From: Candidatus Sysuiplasma jiujiangense
GTDB lineage: Archaea > Thermoplasmatota > Thermoplasmata > Sysuiplasmatales > Sysuiplasmataceae
Direction of reading: 5' to 3'
NCBI GenBank assembly: GCA_019721075.1
Contig: JAHEAD010000005.1
Span: forward strand, 62,001-111,428
Length of the DNA stretch: 49,428 bases
Both the position numbers and the translations under genes were made by a program. This document shows, piece after piece, positions 19,515 through 29,112 of the stretch. Position 1 is the stretch's first letter. The number at the start of each line of letters is the position of its first letter. Under the pieces are notes generated by a model, which did no database searches, was not told the DNA's origin, and saw nothing but the letters and a program-made list of their open reading frames with translations.

Positions 19515-20573
19515 ATGGCTGACAGAGAAGGCAGTTACGATGGGTCCAGCCCCTTCGTTGTCGTCTGGGAGTCAACGAAAGCCTGCGACTACGCTTGCAA
19601 GCACTGCAGAGCGAATGCGATAAAATACAGATCCCCGGACGAACTTACCACATCGGAGGCGAAGCGTCTCATTGAAGATATATCGGATTCCGGTGTAAAG
19701 TTGTTCGTGATCAGCGGCGGAGATCCAATGAAGAGAGACGATATTTTCGAGCTGCTTGCGTTTTCTTCGTCACACATACGGACTGCGTTCTCTCCCAGCG
19801 GTGCACGCATTAACAGAGAAAACGCAAGGCTGATAAAAGAGGCAGGCATTGACACTGTTTCAATCAGCCTCGATGGCACAGAAACGGTGCATGACAGTTT
19901 CAGATGTTTTGAAGGTTCTTATAAGATGTCTGTCAGCTCAATAGGCTATCTGAAGGAAGCGGGCATCAGTGTGCAGATAAACACCACAATAAGCAGATTC
20001 AATATCGGCTTGCTGAATGAAATCAAAGACATCGTGCTTTCAATGCATGTCTCAATGTGGGATATTTTCATGCTTGTGCCTACGGGGAGGGCAGGCGTCG
20101 GCATGATGATTTCCCCGGAAGAGGCAGAACTTGTGATGCGAACCGTCGCTCAGTGGAGGATAAACGGCATCAACGTCCGAATGACATGCGCACCGTACCT
20201 GGTCAGGATTATGAATGATTTTGGTCTTTCCCCGGTAAAGCCCGACTCTTTAGGAAGGAAGAGTCTCAATGGCGCAAGAGGATGCATGGCAGGAAACGGT
20301 TACGTGTTCATAAGTTCCGACGGTTCTGTAATGCCATGCGGCTATCTTCCGGTCAGAATCGGAAATGTAAAATCAGGAAAACTTCTGGACATCTACAGAT
20401 CGGATTCAATGGCGAAATTCAGGAAACCGGCAGATCTGCTTGGCAAGTGCGGCATGTGTGAATACAGAACGGTTTGCGGCGGCTGCAGAGCAAGATCGTT
20501 TTCAATTTCAGGAGACGCATTCGGCGAAGATCCTTTCTGCGTGTACATGCCAAAGGGGTTGCGATATGCATGA
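19515..20573 (+). CDS. ahbD: Radical SAM/SPASM protein, AhbD (heme b synthase)/NirJ2-like
   Basis: VWESTKACDYACKHCRA, SGGDP, LVPTGRA, TCAP, GCMAG, SPASM cysteines (CGMC..VCGGCRAR..EDPFC). Confidence 0.7.
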   Translation: MADREGSYDGSSPFVVVWESTKACDYACKHCRANAIKYRSPDELTTSEAKRLIEDISDSGVKLFVISGGDPMKRDDIFELLAFSSSHIRTAFSPSGARINRENARLIKEAGIDTVSISLDGTETVHDSFRCFEGSYKMSVSSIGYLKEAGISVQINTTISRFNIGLLNEIKDIVLSMHVSMWDIFMLVPTGRAGVGMMISPEEAELVMRTVAQWRINGINVRMTCAPYLVRIMNDFGLSPVKPDSLGRKSLNGARGCMAGNGYVFISSDGSVMPCGYLPVRIGNVKSGKLLDIYRSDSMAKFRKPADLLGKCGMCEYRTVCGGCRARSFSISGDAFGEDPFCVYMPKGLRYA

Positions 20574-21664
20574 TTGATCTTACAAAGCTGATGGCCGGAA
20601 AGCAGGGAAGAAACGATTCCATCCGGTTTCCTGAAAACAGTACGCTAAAACCCAGGGTGATGGTATTCAATGTAACGCGAAATTGCAATCTGCACTGCGC
20701 CCACTGTTATTCCGGTTCGGGTCATTCACATTTCAGGGATCTGCCATTGGGGATATGGCTCGATGGACTGAAGAGTGCTGCAGATCTGGGCGTGAAGCAC
20801 TTATTGATTTCAGGAGGTGAGCCATTATTCAGAAAGGATGTCTTCATCATAATGGAGGAAGCGAGAGAATACGGCCTGACACTAACTCTTTCGACGAACG
20901 GAACCCTCCTTGGCTCACAGAATATTCAACGAATGAAGAGGCTTGTTGATTACGTCGGAATAAGCATCGACGGTCCACAGCTCATCCATGATAAGTTCAG
21001 GGGTGTTGATGGCGCATTCAGAAGAACCATGGAGAACGCACGCGGTTGCAGGGAGGCCGGCATCAGGACGGGTTTCAGGTTTACACTTACAAAGTACAAT
21101 GTCGATTTTGTAGACTTCATGCTTAAACTGGCACAGACTGAAAGTGTCGACAGGATATGTTTCTATCATCTTGGATACGTCGGAAGGGCTTCCTCTCAGC
21201 TTGACATCAGCAATGAGCAGAGGCTGGATGCCATGCTGAAAATCGCTGCCGCAGCGTCAACTTCGGAGTTTGAAATACTGACTGCAGATAATTCTGTTGA
21301 CGGCATACTTGCCTATCTTCTGACCAGGTCCGAATCTGTTTACGCCTTACTCAGGAAAAATGGCGGCAACAAATCGGGTGAACGGATTGCAGACGTCGAT
21401 CCTGACGGCAATGTTTACCCCGACCAGTTTACACGGCTGAAGCTTGGTAACATCGGTGAGCTCGAGAGCATATGGGGCGGGACGAACAGGATTGTCGGGG
21501 AACTGGGAAACAGGAAAGACCGGGTCGTTTGCGGCTCATGCCGGTACTTTGAAGTATGCAATGGCGACTCAAGAGGGAGGGCCCTTGCATCGAGCGGAGA
21601 TATATGGGGATTCGATCCTTCTTGCTATCTCTCAAATCTGGCATCTCATTTTACGGACTGTTAG
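20570..21664 (+). CDS. ahbC: Radical SAM protein, AhbC (Fe-coproporphyrin synthase)/NirJ1-like
   Basis: ATG 20570 (ATGA overlap). NVTRNCNLHCAHCYS, RICFYHL, TADN..DG, NGGNKSG...GNVYPDQF, DPSCYL. Confidence 0.75.
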   Translation: MIDLTKLMAGKQGRNDSIRFPENSTLKPRVMVFNVTRNCNLHCAHCYSGSGHSHFRDLPLGIWLDGLKSAADLGVKHLLISGGEPLFRKDVFIIMEEAREYGLTLTLSTNGTLLGSQNIQRMKRLVDYVGISIDGPQLIHDKFRGVDGAFRRTMENARGCREAGIRTGFRFTLTKYNVDFVDFMLKLAQTESVDRICFYHLGYVGRASSQLDISNEQRLDAMLKIAAAASTSEFEILTADNSVDGILAYLLTRSESVYALLRKNGGNKSGERIADVDPDGNVYPDQFTRLKLGNIGELESIWGGTNRIVGELGNRKDRVVCGSCRYFEVCNGDSRGRALASSGDIWGFDPSCYLSNLASHFTDC

Positions 21665-21669
21665 AATGC

Positions 21670-22152
21670 TCACCTGATCATTTCATCCGGGGACCGGCTG
21701 TTATCCCGAAGATATCTGCATACCCAGTCTTCAGGTACCGTATCAGACTTCATCCTCGCAATTAAATCCACAGCATCATCATCCTCAATGTTGTCTTCTA
21801 GAAAACCGTATATCGTTTCCTCCTCTCTTCGGATGTGAAAGCTGATCAATCTGGTCACGCTTTGCGCCTTTTTGAGCACGTAGCCGACATCCGATCTGTG
21901 AAGTCCGGATGCAATCCTGTGGGCAAGTAGCCAGATCGCGGCATGTTCATATTCCAGTCCCCTTGCTATCCTGATGTGTTCCGCATCGACGACAGCCGGG
22001 AATAACACTTCCTCCTCGGCAAACATGTGATTTTTCAGTCGTTTTCGAAAACGAAGGAACTTCTCCTCATCAACACTATTCTCTTTTATCGATCCTATGA
22101 ATTTGGAAAGCTCATCGGTGATTTCGCCATGTTCCACTGTTGCAATCTCCAT
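21670..22152 (-). CDS. Hemerythrin/HHE cation-binding domain protein
   Basis: EH, HMFAEEEVLFP, EH, HIRREEETIY motifs. Confidence 0.88.
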   Translation of the reverse strand: MEIATVEHGEITDELSKFIGSIKENSVDEEKFLRFRKRLKNHMFAEEEVLFPAVVDAEHIRIARGLEYEHAAIWLLAHRIASGLHRSDVGYVLKKAQSVTRLISFHIRREEETIYGFLEDNIEDDDAVDLIARMKSDTVPEDWVCRYLRDNSRSPDEMIR

Positions 22153-22249
22153 AAGCAATGTCAGACACACCTGCCAGATGCGGCCATGGATAAAGTGATG
22201 TGGGCGAAATAGAATAATTTATTGCCTGAGATGTCAGCTAAAACAATGT

Positions 22250-22276
22250 TCAGATGCCGAAACATAAGGCATCTGA
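22250..22276 (-). terminator. Hairpin downstream of the DUF981 gene
   Basis: TCAGATGCC-9 nt-GGCATCTGA, perfect 9-bp stem. Confidence 0.35.
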
Positions 22277-22316
22277 CTTAACACGTTTGGTTCAAATCCG
22301 CTCTGTATATCCGCAG

Positions 22317-22952
22317 CTACGGAGCAGAAGCCAGGTGGCTTGCTATTGCAGGCGCCGCAATTGCCACTGCTGCGAGCGCCGAAAGTGCCATGAACAGGAT
22401 AAATGAATATGTCCAGTACAGCCAGGATTTTCCGACCTTGGGGGAAACAATCGCCTTGTCTACGGCAATGGAAGCAGGAAGGGCAAGAATTCCAGATATG
22501 CCGAATCCTGCATAGAGAAGAAGCATGGCCAGCGGCTCCTTAGTCATCTTGAGGTTGTATGCTGTGATGCCGTAGAAGATCACCGTGAGGCCAAACATGA
22601 ATGAAAGCATGCCTGTGTATTCAAGTTTCCTGTTGAAGTTGACTGCAACAGCGATTGACATCAATATTACTCCAAGCAGGGTAAATGCATCAAAGAAGAG
22701 TATGTCGTAGCCAAGTCCTCCGAAATTCGGAAGCGGCCAAACCAGCTCTCCCGCGATTCCCATTATGAATATGAAGAAACCGAGGATTCCCAGAGGCACC
22801 GAGAGTGCCCGGAGGCGATCCATGAATTCTTTGTTCTCTCCTTTTCTGTACGCCATGACCAGCGTTATTGCCGCATAAACGAGTATGAAGCCCACGAATG
22901 CGAGTATGAACAACTCGAGTCCGAGGTCATCCACGAAGGGTTGAAATGCCAT
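22317..22952 (-). CDS. DUF981-like membrane protein
   Basis: ATG 22952 after GAGGTGA. FVDDLGL, WPLP..GYDILFFD, MTKEPLA, about 6 TM. Confidence 0.8.
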   Translation of the reverse strand: MAFQPFVDDLGLELFILAFVGFILVYAAITLVMAYRKGENKEFMDRLRALSVPLGILGFFIFIMGIAGELVWPLPNFGGLGYDILFFDAFTLLGVILMSIAVAVNFNRKLEYTGMLSFMFGLTVIFYGITAYNLKMTKEPLAMLLLYAGFGISGILALPASIAVDKAIVSPKVGKSWLYWTYSFILFMALSALAAVAIAAPAIASHLASAP

Positions 22953-23156
22953 TTTTTTCACCTCAGATCCAGGAGATCGCGGCTGTCCACTAATATCTTC
23001 GTGACATACTATAACTATAATCAGTACCTGCCCCAATCGGAAGCGTTTGCCTGATACAGTGCACCGAATTCGATTCCGTTCTCTGAAGCATTTCAACCAA
23101 TTACGCATTGAAGAACCATGTCCCGGAACACTCCGGGAAACTCATTGGAATCGGGT

Positions 23157-24308
23157 TTATTTCACAATCTCCACGTAGGGAAATTTGTGACTTGGATTCT
23201 CAATGAACCTATTCATCATGATCTGTACTATGAATTCATATTCCCTGATAATGTTCTGCATACCGCTGAATATCAGCGGGCCTATGATATCGGCACTCTT
23301 AGAACGCTCGGCCTGCTCTTTAATCTTCGCATTAACAGTCTTCAGCTCGGAAACGCACTGCTCCTCAAGAGCTAGTGCGCTGTCGAGAGCAGCTGATGCT
23401 GCTTTGAGGTCGTGTTCAAAGAGACATTTTGAGGTATTTGCCGACAATTCCCTGAACATCGAAAGAATCCTCTGCGTGCTCTCATCATAAACTCCCTTTC
23501 CGGACCTGGGAAAGCCTGCAGAAAGGATCTCGTTAGATAAACCTTCAGAAATGTCTCCAACAGATTCCAGGGCTGCAGCAATAGCTCTGTCGCCTAGCAT
23601 ATGTCTCGGATCTTCTATTCCTATCTGCTTTGCCATCTCTCTGTCTTTGGCTCCCAGGAGCAGCAGCCTCAGTATCAGTCTGTAAAGTCTATCGATTTCC
23701 ATTTCCATCGCACTTATCGAACTACGAGACGCTTCGGACGATTTCAGTACATTCTCAAGAGTCCGCTCGACAATCAGCGAAGAAAGGAGGAAGAGTCTCC
23801 TGATCATGGAAAGAATAGGGAACTCCGGCGGACTTATGAAACAACCGATCACAATCTTCTTCTCATCCTGTTCCATTACGACGACACCAGTCAGTTTTTC
23901 GACCGCCTCCGTTACCTTTGCTGCCTGATCTTCAGATATTTCGTTCTTGGACTCGACGCGAATCGTGTTGTAGCCCGCGATGTAACATCCTATTATCGTT
24001 CTCTTTATCATCTCTGAATCAGGGCAACTGTCAGCATGAAGGATACAGGTTGTAGGCGATGCTGAAAAGTCGTTTCCCGAGGGTGTTATCACAATATTTC
24101 CGTTTTCTTCAAAAATCATGTTGAGCAGACTGCCTGCCTTGATGCCCTTGGAGGTTGCCCACTCCTTCGGGATGGAAATGCCGAGACTTGCATTTCCCAA
24201 CTTCTGCACTCTCCTTACTTCCCTTTCCAAATTAATCTCCTCTACCGCGTTCAGCGAGAAACACGATTCAGGGATTGTTTCTGTGCGTACATATTTATTG
24301 TCATTCAT
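23157..24308 (-). CDS. AbrB/MazE-fused PhoU-domain regulator (archaeal phosphate-uptake-regulator family)
   Basis: EVRRVQKLGNASLGISIPKEWA (AbrB), YIAGY..I, EMEIDRLY, LESVGD (PhoU). Confidence 0.88.
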   Translation of the reverse strand: MNDNKYVRTETIPESCFSLNAVEEINLEREVRRVQKLGNASLGISIPKEWATSKGIKAGSLLNMIFEENGNIVITPSGNDFSASPTTCILHADSCPDSEMIKRTIIGCYIAGYNTIRVESKNEISEDQAAKVTEAVEKLTGVVVMEQDEKKIVIGCFISPPEFPILSMIRRLFLLSSLIVERTLENVLKSSEASRSSISAMEMEIDRLYRLILRLLLLGAKDREMAKQIGIEDPRHMLGDRAIAAALESVGDISEGLSNEILSAGFPRSGKGVYDESTQRILSMFRELSANTSKCLFEHDLKAASAALDSALALEEQCVSELKTVNAKIKEQAERSKSADIIGPLIFSGMQNIIREYEFIVQIMMNRFIENPSHKFPYVEIVK

Positions 24309-26017
24309 GTTTTCATCTTCGCTATAGCCTTCCGCCCGATGTCATCTTCATTAACAGCGAAACTGCCTGCTGCCTGCGAATCTATGTCCTTACCTGAGCT
24401 GTCATCACTCACTGTCTTCTCAGGCATGGACGGTACCGCAGGGCCTGCAACCCTCCTCCTTTTCTCATCCAGATACACAGGAACATCGCAGTCCCGGATC
24501 AGCATATCCATTTCCTTCCTGTTTGGTCTGGTCCCGGAAAGAGCAGCGAAGAGCGAATATGTCTTTGCAAGCTGGCTGGGTATTGACAGTACATCCCTTA
24601 CAAATTCGGGCATTTCAGACAGCATATAGGTTATTGCCGACGGCAGAAGATCTCTCTTTGGCCAATTCATATTTCGCGCTTTGCCGGTATCGATGAGAAA
24701 CCGGCGGATGTAGAACGAATACAGTCCCAGGTACTGAAAGAGCTGAATTATAACCGGATTCACCCTCGTCTTCATTACCGGCGTGAAAAAATCGAATCGA
24801 TCCCAGTCAAGTGTAAACAGTCTGTTGTGCTCTACCGCTTCCCTGAAAACTTCGGTTCCGGGAAGGGGAGTGTATATCGTGAACTGTGCAACGTCCGCAC
24901 CCCTTCCCGCCAGGTTGAATCCAAGCCTCACTGTCGAAATCATGTCTCTGATCCTTTCGTATGGCGCACCCATCATGAAACTCAGAAGAGTGATCACACC
25001 GTTCCGGTCAAGCTCGCTGACAGCTTTTTCTGTATCGCTCTGTCGGATTCGTTTGCGCATCTTTTTCAGTACTTCCCTGCTGCCGGACTCAACTCCCAAC
25101 GCCGCTACTCTGAGACCGGCCTCTACCGCAGGCGGAATGAATTCAGGATTCCTTGCGATCGCATCAGCTCTCATCTGCGCAATCCACTGAATTTTTATCC
25201 CACGCTCCGTGATATATTCGAACAGCTTCATTCTGTCTTTCAGGTTTTGGGGAAGCAGAAATATGTCGTCCGTGAAAAAGATCCAGTTGTAACCGAACCT
25301 CTCAGCAAGTTCCATTTCCTCTATTATCCTTCGATTTGATTTGTTCCTCCTCCGGAAGCCCCAAGTTGGAGTCACCGAGCAGAAATCGCATCCGTAAGGG
25401 CAACCTCTGGAAGTTTCGATGCAGGCAACTGTCTCATTCTTTCCAAAAGTTAAAAAACGATATTTTTCTCTTTCAATGAGATCAAATGCTGGCAGAGGAA
25501 GCTCGTCCAGTGAAGGGATAAGTTGTCTTGGACGAGTTCTTAAAATTTTTCCATCTTTCCTGAAATATATTCCGGCAACATTTTCAAGACTTTCCCGGTT
25601 GCCAATTTTCTGAACTATTTCAGCAACCGTTCTATCTCCCTCCCCCAGCACAACGATATCAAATCCATCTTCTAAAATCTGTTCGGGCAGGAATGTTGCA
25701 TGATGGCCGCCAACAACAACGGTAAGCCCAGAATCCAGCGATTTCAGTCGATTCATTATCAGCCTGGCATTGTTATATGCTGCAGTTGCGTGAACTGTGA
25801 TGCCCACAACGTCAGGGTGCATGCTTATCGCTTTTTCCACCGCCTCTTCAACTGTAAGGCGATCAGCTTCCATATCTATGATTGAAACGCTGTTTCCCTG
25901 CACTGCCCTTATTGACGATGCCAGCTGAACAAGACCAAGCGGTATTGGCAGGAAGCCCATTTTGGTAAGGTAGAGGCTTCCGCTTCTGTTGGATGGTCTG
26001 ATTAGAACTGTCTTCAT
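24305..26017 (-). CDS. Cobalamin-binding class B radical SAM protein (BchE-like)
   Basis: PLGL, VVGGHHATF, GEGD, ETSRGCPYGCDFC, FTDD, GVESGS, TPLPGT. ATG 26017 after GGAGGTG. Confidence 0.9.
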   Translation of the reverse strand: MKTVLIRPSNRSGSLYLTKMGFLPIPLGLVQLASSIRAVQGNSVSIIDMEADRLTVEEAVEKAISMHPDVVGITVHATAAYNNARLIMNRLKSLDSGLTVVVGGHHATFLPEQILEDGFDIVVLGEGDRTVAEIVQKIGNRESLENVAGIYFRKDGKILRTRPRQLIPSLDELPLPAFDLIEREKYRFLTFGKNETVACIETSRGCPYGCDFCSVTPTWGFRRRNKSNRRIIEEMELAERFGYNWIFFTDDIFLLPQNLKDRMKLFEYITERGIKIQWIAQMRADAIARNPEFIPPAVEAGLRVAALGVESGSREVLKKMRKRIRQSDTEKAVSELDRNGVITLLSFMMGAPYERIRDMISTVRLGFNLAGRGADVAQFTIYTPLPGTEVFREAVEHNRLFTLDWDRFDFFTPVMKTRVNPVIIQLFQYLGLYSFYIRRFLIDTGKARNMNWPKRDLLPSAITYMLSEMPEFVRDVLSIPSQLAKTYSLFAALSGTRPNRKEMDMLIRDCDVPVYLDEKRRRVAGPAVPSMPEKTVSDDSSGKDIDSQAAGSFAVNEDDIGRKAIAKMKT

Positions 26018-26288
26018 TCCGGAACACACCTCCGAATCTCTGATTTGCCCTCAGGTCTGATTAGCTTCTGCATGTGTAAAGATATAGAGTAGTTATAATA
26101 CAGACTCTATGGATTGGTATTCAAAAAGAAATCAGTCCGGTATTTCAGATTCATTTCTGTCTGGGCTTCTGAAATTCAGCCGCCTGAAGTCCTGTCAGGG
26201 AAGCGCCACCTCTGACAAACAGGCCTAGCTGTTTCTATCCTCGCGTGAATCGTGAAAAGTTTTAAGGAGTTTGTGAAAACTGTTGTGC

Positions 26289-27404
26289 TTACATTTCGGC
26301 AACCTTATTCCAGAAGCCTACCTTCCTCTCTATCCTGGAGTCAATTGTGTATGGATCAGTGCCGTGCGCTGCATTAAGTGAGAGCAGTATCAGGAATGCG
26401 ATTGTCATTACTATCTGGCCGGCATCTGTATAACCTGCTGTAATCGGGCCGCCGAAAGCCTTCAGTGTGGACCATTCCAGTGTCGAGTATATCATTCCTC
26501 CAATATAGGCGGTTTTCCTGGCAATGCCGAAGAGAAGTGCTGCTGCCAGCAGGGATTCAGCAATAATTATCGTGTAATAATAGACCAAGGGTGCCGTCGT
26601 CACCTGTGATATCCAGAAACTGTACCACCCGTTAAGATAGGCAGGCTGACCAGAAGCAGCTCCGATCAGCGTTGTTTTCAGCGACGAAGGTGTGTTGTAT
26701 GCGATTGCCATGTATGTTTCTGCAGCAAATACTATTCCGAATAGGATGGCCGACAGCCTGCTGATCTTCATTGCATTTCTGCCGAAGAAGCCAAATTTAG
26801 ATCCGCGGCTTCCCGACCTGATTTCTGCGATTTTTGACCAGTTTCTGTATTTTCTTTCTATCAATTTATCAAGCGTGTATATATCAGGGCCGAATGTTGC
26901 ATTGAGTGCTATAATGAGGAGGAAACTGATCGCGTAAACATCTGCAGCCCCTGTTACGAGCGATCCTGGACCGTATGGGCCTCCGAACCCTTCTGGAACG
27001 CTCCAGATTATAAATGCCAGTATTATGCCGCCAAAATATGCCAGTTTCCGGGCAAACCCGGCAATCAGTGCAAATCCCAGTGAGAGTTCCAGAATTCCAG
27101 TCATCCAGGTGAAAAGTATCGGGTTTGATACAACAATATGATACCAGAACGAAAACCAGCCATTCAAATAAGAGGGCTGCCCAACGCCCGCGCTCTGGAT
27201 GGCGGAAGGCATATAAATGTAGAGATTATTCCAGAATTTAAAGAAGCCGTCGTAGAGCCAGAGTATGCCGAACACTATTGCGGATATTCTTGCAAGTAGC
27301 AGACTGTTGCGCCTGATGTTGCTGGACACCACAGTATCCGGGGACTCTTCATTGGCATTATCATTCATTCCTCTGCTCTTCTTGTGTTCAACTTCTTCCT
27401 GCAC
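26289..27404 (-). CDS. DoxD/DoxX (TQO small subunit-like) protein with two tandem domains
   Basis: Clear internal duplication: GQPSYLNGWFSFW / GQPAYLNGWYSFW, ARKLAYFGG / ARKTAYIGG, YTLD / YTID. GTG start after GGAGG. Confidence 0.8.
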   Translation of the reverse strand: MQEEVEHKKSRGMNDNANEESPDTVVSSNIRRNSLLLARISAIVFGILWLYDGFFKFWNNLYIYMPSAIQSAGVGQPSYLNGWFSFWYHIVVSNPILFTWMTGILELSLGFALIAGFARKLAYFGGIILAFIIWSVPEGFGGPYGPGSLVTGAADVYAISFLLIIALNATFGPDIYTLDKLIERKYRNWSKIAEIRSGSRGSKFGFFGRNAMKISRLSAILFGIVFAAETYMAIAYNTPSSLKTTLIGAASGQPAYLNGWYSFWISQVTTAPLVYYYTIIIAESLLAAALLFGIARKTAYIGGMIYSTLEWSTLKAFGGPITAGYTDAGQIVMTIAFLILLSLNAAHGTDPYTIDSRIERKVGFWNKVAEM

Positions 27405-27566
27405 TTTATAACCTCCTGCTGATTTTCCTCATTTTCCGTTTCCTTGGTGACCACAGATTGACTGTGGTTATCTTCAAAACAGCCTCATTATATTAAGTAC
27501 CATACATATTTGTTAAAAATTGAAAACCTGAAATTGGTATGCTTAATTCTGCTCTAGGCTCTTAAA

Positions 27567-28205
27567 TCAGGTGGTATCCGGCGGTGGCATATGGTTATTT
27601 CCCGTATATTGAAAAGCAGCACTTATGAAATCGTCTTTTTCAGTTATTTCTCTAACTGAAACCTTTGTTTTTCCTGAAATATCCCTGAATGCGTCCGCAT
27701 TCATGAGGTGCGACTTCACGAATTTTCTGTTCAGGCCCCCGTTATCGGTTATTTCGTATATCACCAGCAATCCGGTCGGATTGAGCCTTCTCATTATAAG
27801 CTCAAGCGACCCTTCTCTGTCGCTCCAGTGATGGAACGACAGGCTTGAATATATTAGGTCAAATTTCATCTCTCCTGGGATGTACCTGCTGCTTCCCAAT
27901 CCAAATCTGATTCTCTGGTCAATTCGGTGTCTTGAAGCACCTCTGTTTGCAATATCGACCATATATGTGGACGGATCTATGCCTATTCCGAAAAAATCAT
28001 TTCTTTTAAGCGCTGCGGAAATGAGTATGTGTCCCGTACCGGAACCGATATCCAGAATCGAGCTGAATTCTCTCTTCAATATGTCTGAGATGACAAAATT
28101 GTAGAATCTGTTCATTGTGGGAATCAGTCTTGAGATTCCATAGAAATGTGAGGTGATGAATCCAAATTTCTCTTCACCGCTAACATACAAATTGCCACTT
28201 GACAT
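27567..28205 (-). CDS. Class I SAM-dependent methyltransferase
   Basis: ILDIGSGTG, GIDPS, FDLIYSSLSFHHW, LNPTG. Confidence 0.92.
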   Translation of the reverse strand: MSSGNLYVSGEEKFGFITSHFYGISRLIPTMNRFYNFVISDILKREFSSILDIGSGTGHILISAALKRNDFFGIGIDPSTYMVDIANRGASRHRIDQRIRFGLGSSRYIPGEMKFDLIYSSLSFHHWSDREGSLELIMRRLNPTGLLVIYEITDNGGLNRKFVKSHLMNADAFRDISGKTKVSVREITEKDDFISAAFQYTGNNHMPPPDTT

Positions 28206-28458
28206 TAAAACCTCAATGGAGACTCCTTATCCAGATGTGAATTTCCAATGCATTTATCTTCTATTTAAGACGATGCTGTCACTCCAGTGTATTGTGGTGT
28301 TTCGCCTTGTTTTGACCACTCTTCAGAAAATTGCAATACCATGACGAGTATTATTACTGAAGGCCCGAGTATTATTCCAATTTCCTGCGCGATTTGTGCA
28401 AACAACCTGATTGAGCGCAGGATTCAGTTTTTCCCGCACTAACCGCACCTAGGCAAAC

Positions 28459-28549
28459 TGGACCCAGCGGGATTTGAACCCGCGGCCTCCTGCTATTCTG
28501 TCACACTAAATTGCAAAGCAGGCGATCTTCCGGGCTGATCTATGGGCCC
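28459..28549 (-). tRNA. tRNA-Ala(TGC) with a 17-nt intron at 37/38 (28495-28511)
   Basis: Acceptor GGGCCCA/TGGGTCC with the G3:U70 Ala determinant, anticodon stem CCTGC/GCAGG, T-arm GCGGG TTCAAAT CCCGC. CCA is not encoded. Confidence 0.95.
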
Positions 28550-28751
28550 ACATCCGGTGAGAATTTTGTCGACGCATATATATGTTTCATATGCAGATAC
28601 GAGGGAACTGAATTGGGCTCATCCCCATGTCCGATGGAGAAGCCGTCAGTTTGGACGGTGCTGGATGTCACCAGGTTTGAACACTGGCAGGATCAGATAT
28701 ACTATAGATTCAGGACCATTTCAAACAATCAAGGAAAGAATTGGTTGGGGA

Positions 28752-29108
28752 ATGATCGCGCTGACGCCTGCAAACCTCACGATTTTTCTCATATCATATC
28801 TTCTACTGCATGAGAGTTCTGGCCAGATGCTTCTGTTCTTCAGCTACGTTCTGGGTATCACACTGTCAATCACAATCGCAGGATTATACATTGTTATTGT
28901 CGAAAAATCAACCAGGCAAGGTGACATGGTAAAAGTGAATGACCTCAGACGACATGGCGCTATATGCAGCGTATGCGGCGCCATAGTACCTGCCGGTGCA
29001 GCTACCTGTACCATTTGTGGCTCAAAACTGCTCAGAACCTGTGGTTTCTGCGGCCTCCTGATCGGTGATAGAACAAGAGTTTGTCCAAGGTGTAAAAATC
29101 CTTTGTGA
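28752..29108 (+). CDS. Membrane-anchored double zinc-ribbon protein
   Basis: N-terminal TM segment(s), then CSVC, CTIC, CGFC, CPRC. The longer ORF start overlaps the tRNA, so it was trimmed. Confidence 0.75.
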   Translation: MIALTPANLTIFLISYLLLHESSGQMLLFFSYVLGITLSITIAGLYIVIVEKSTRQGDMVKVNDLRRHGAICSVCGAIVPAGAATCTICGSKLLRTCGFCGLLIGDRTRVCPRCKNPL

Positions 29109-29112
29109 AGTA

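Noticed and set aside
19515..21664. RiPP maturase pair (two radical SAM/SPASM genes) with a precursor peptide
   Set aside because: Motifs fit AhbD/AhbC heme synthesis, and there is no credible precursor peptide or PqqD domain nearby.
22289..22300. GGTTCAAATCCG identical to the tRNA-Ile2 T-loop region (similar at about 46216), considered as att sites or tRNA fragments
   Set aside because: Only 11-12 nt match, with no T-stem or acceptor continuation and no integrase. Compatible with chance.
26189..26199. GTCCTGTCAGG, reverse complement of 11528-11538
   Set aside because: Many 11-mer matches are expected by chance in 49 kb, and the flanks do not align.
27450..27468. ACCACAG-5-CTGTGGT inverted repeat upstream of the double DoxD gene
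   Set aside because: Only 7 bp per arm and no second copy seen, too weak to call an operator.
28511..28751. ORFs 28511-28813 and the 5' extension of 28542-29108
   Set aside because: They overlap the tRNA-Ala gene and its promoter. The credible CDS starts at 28752.
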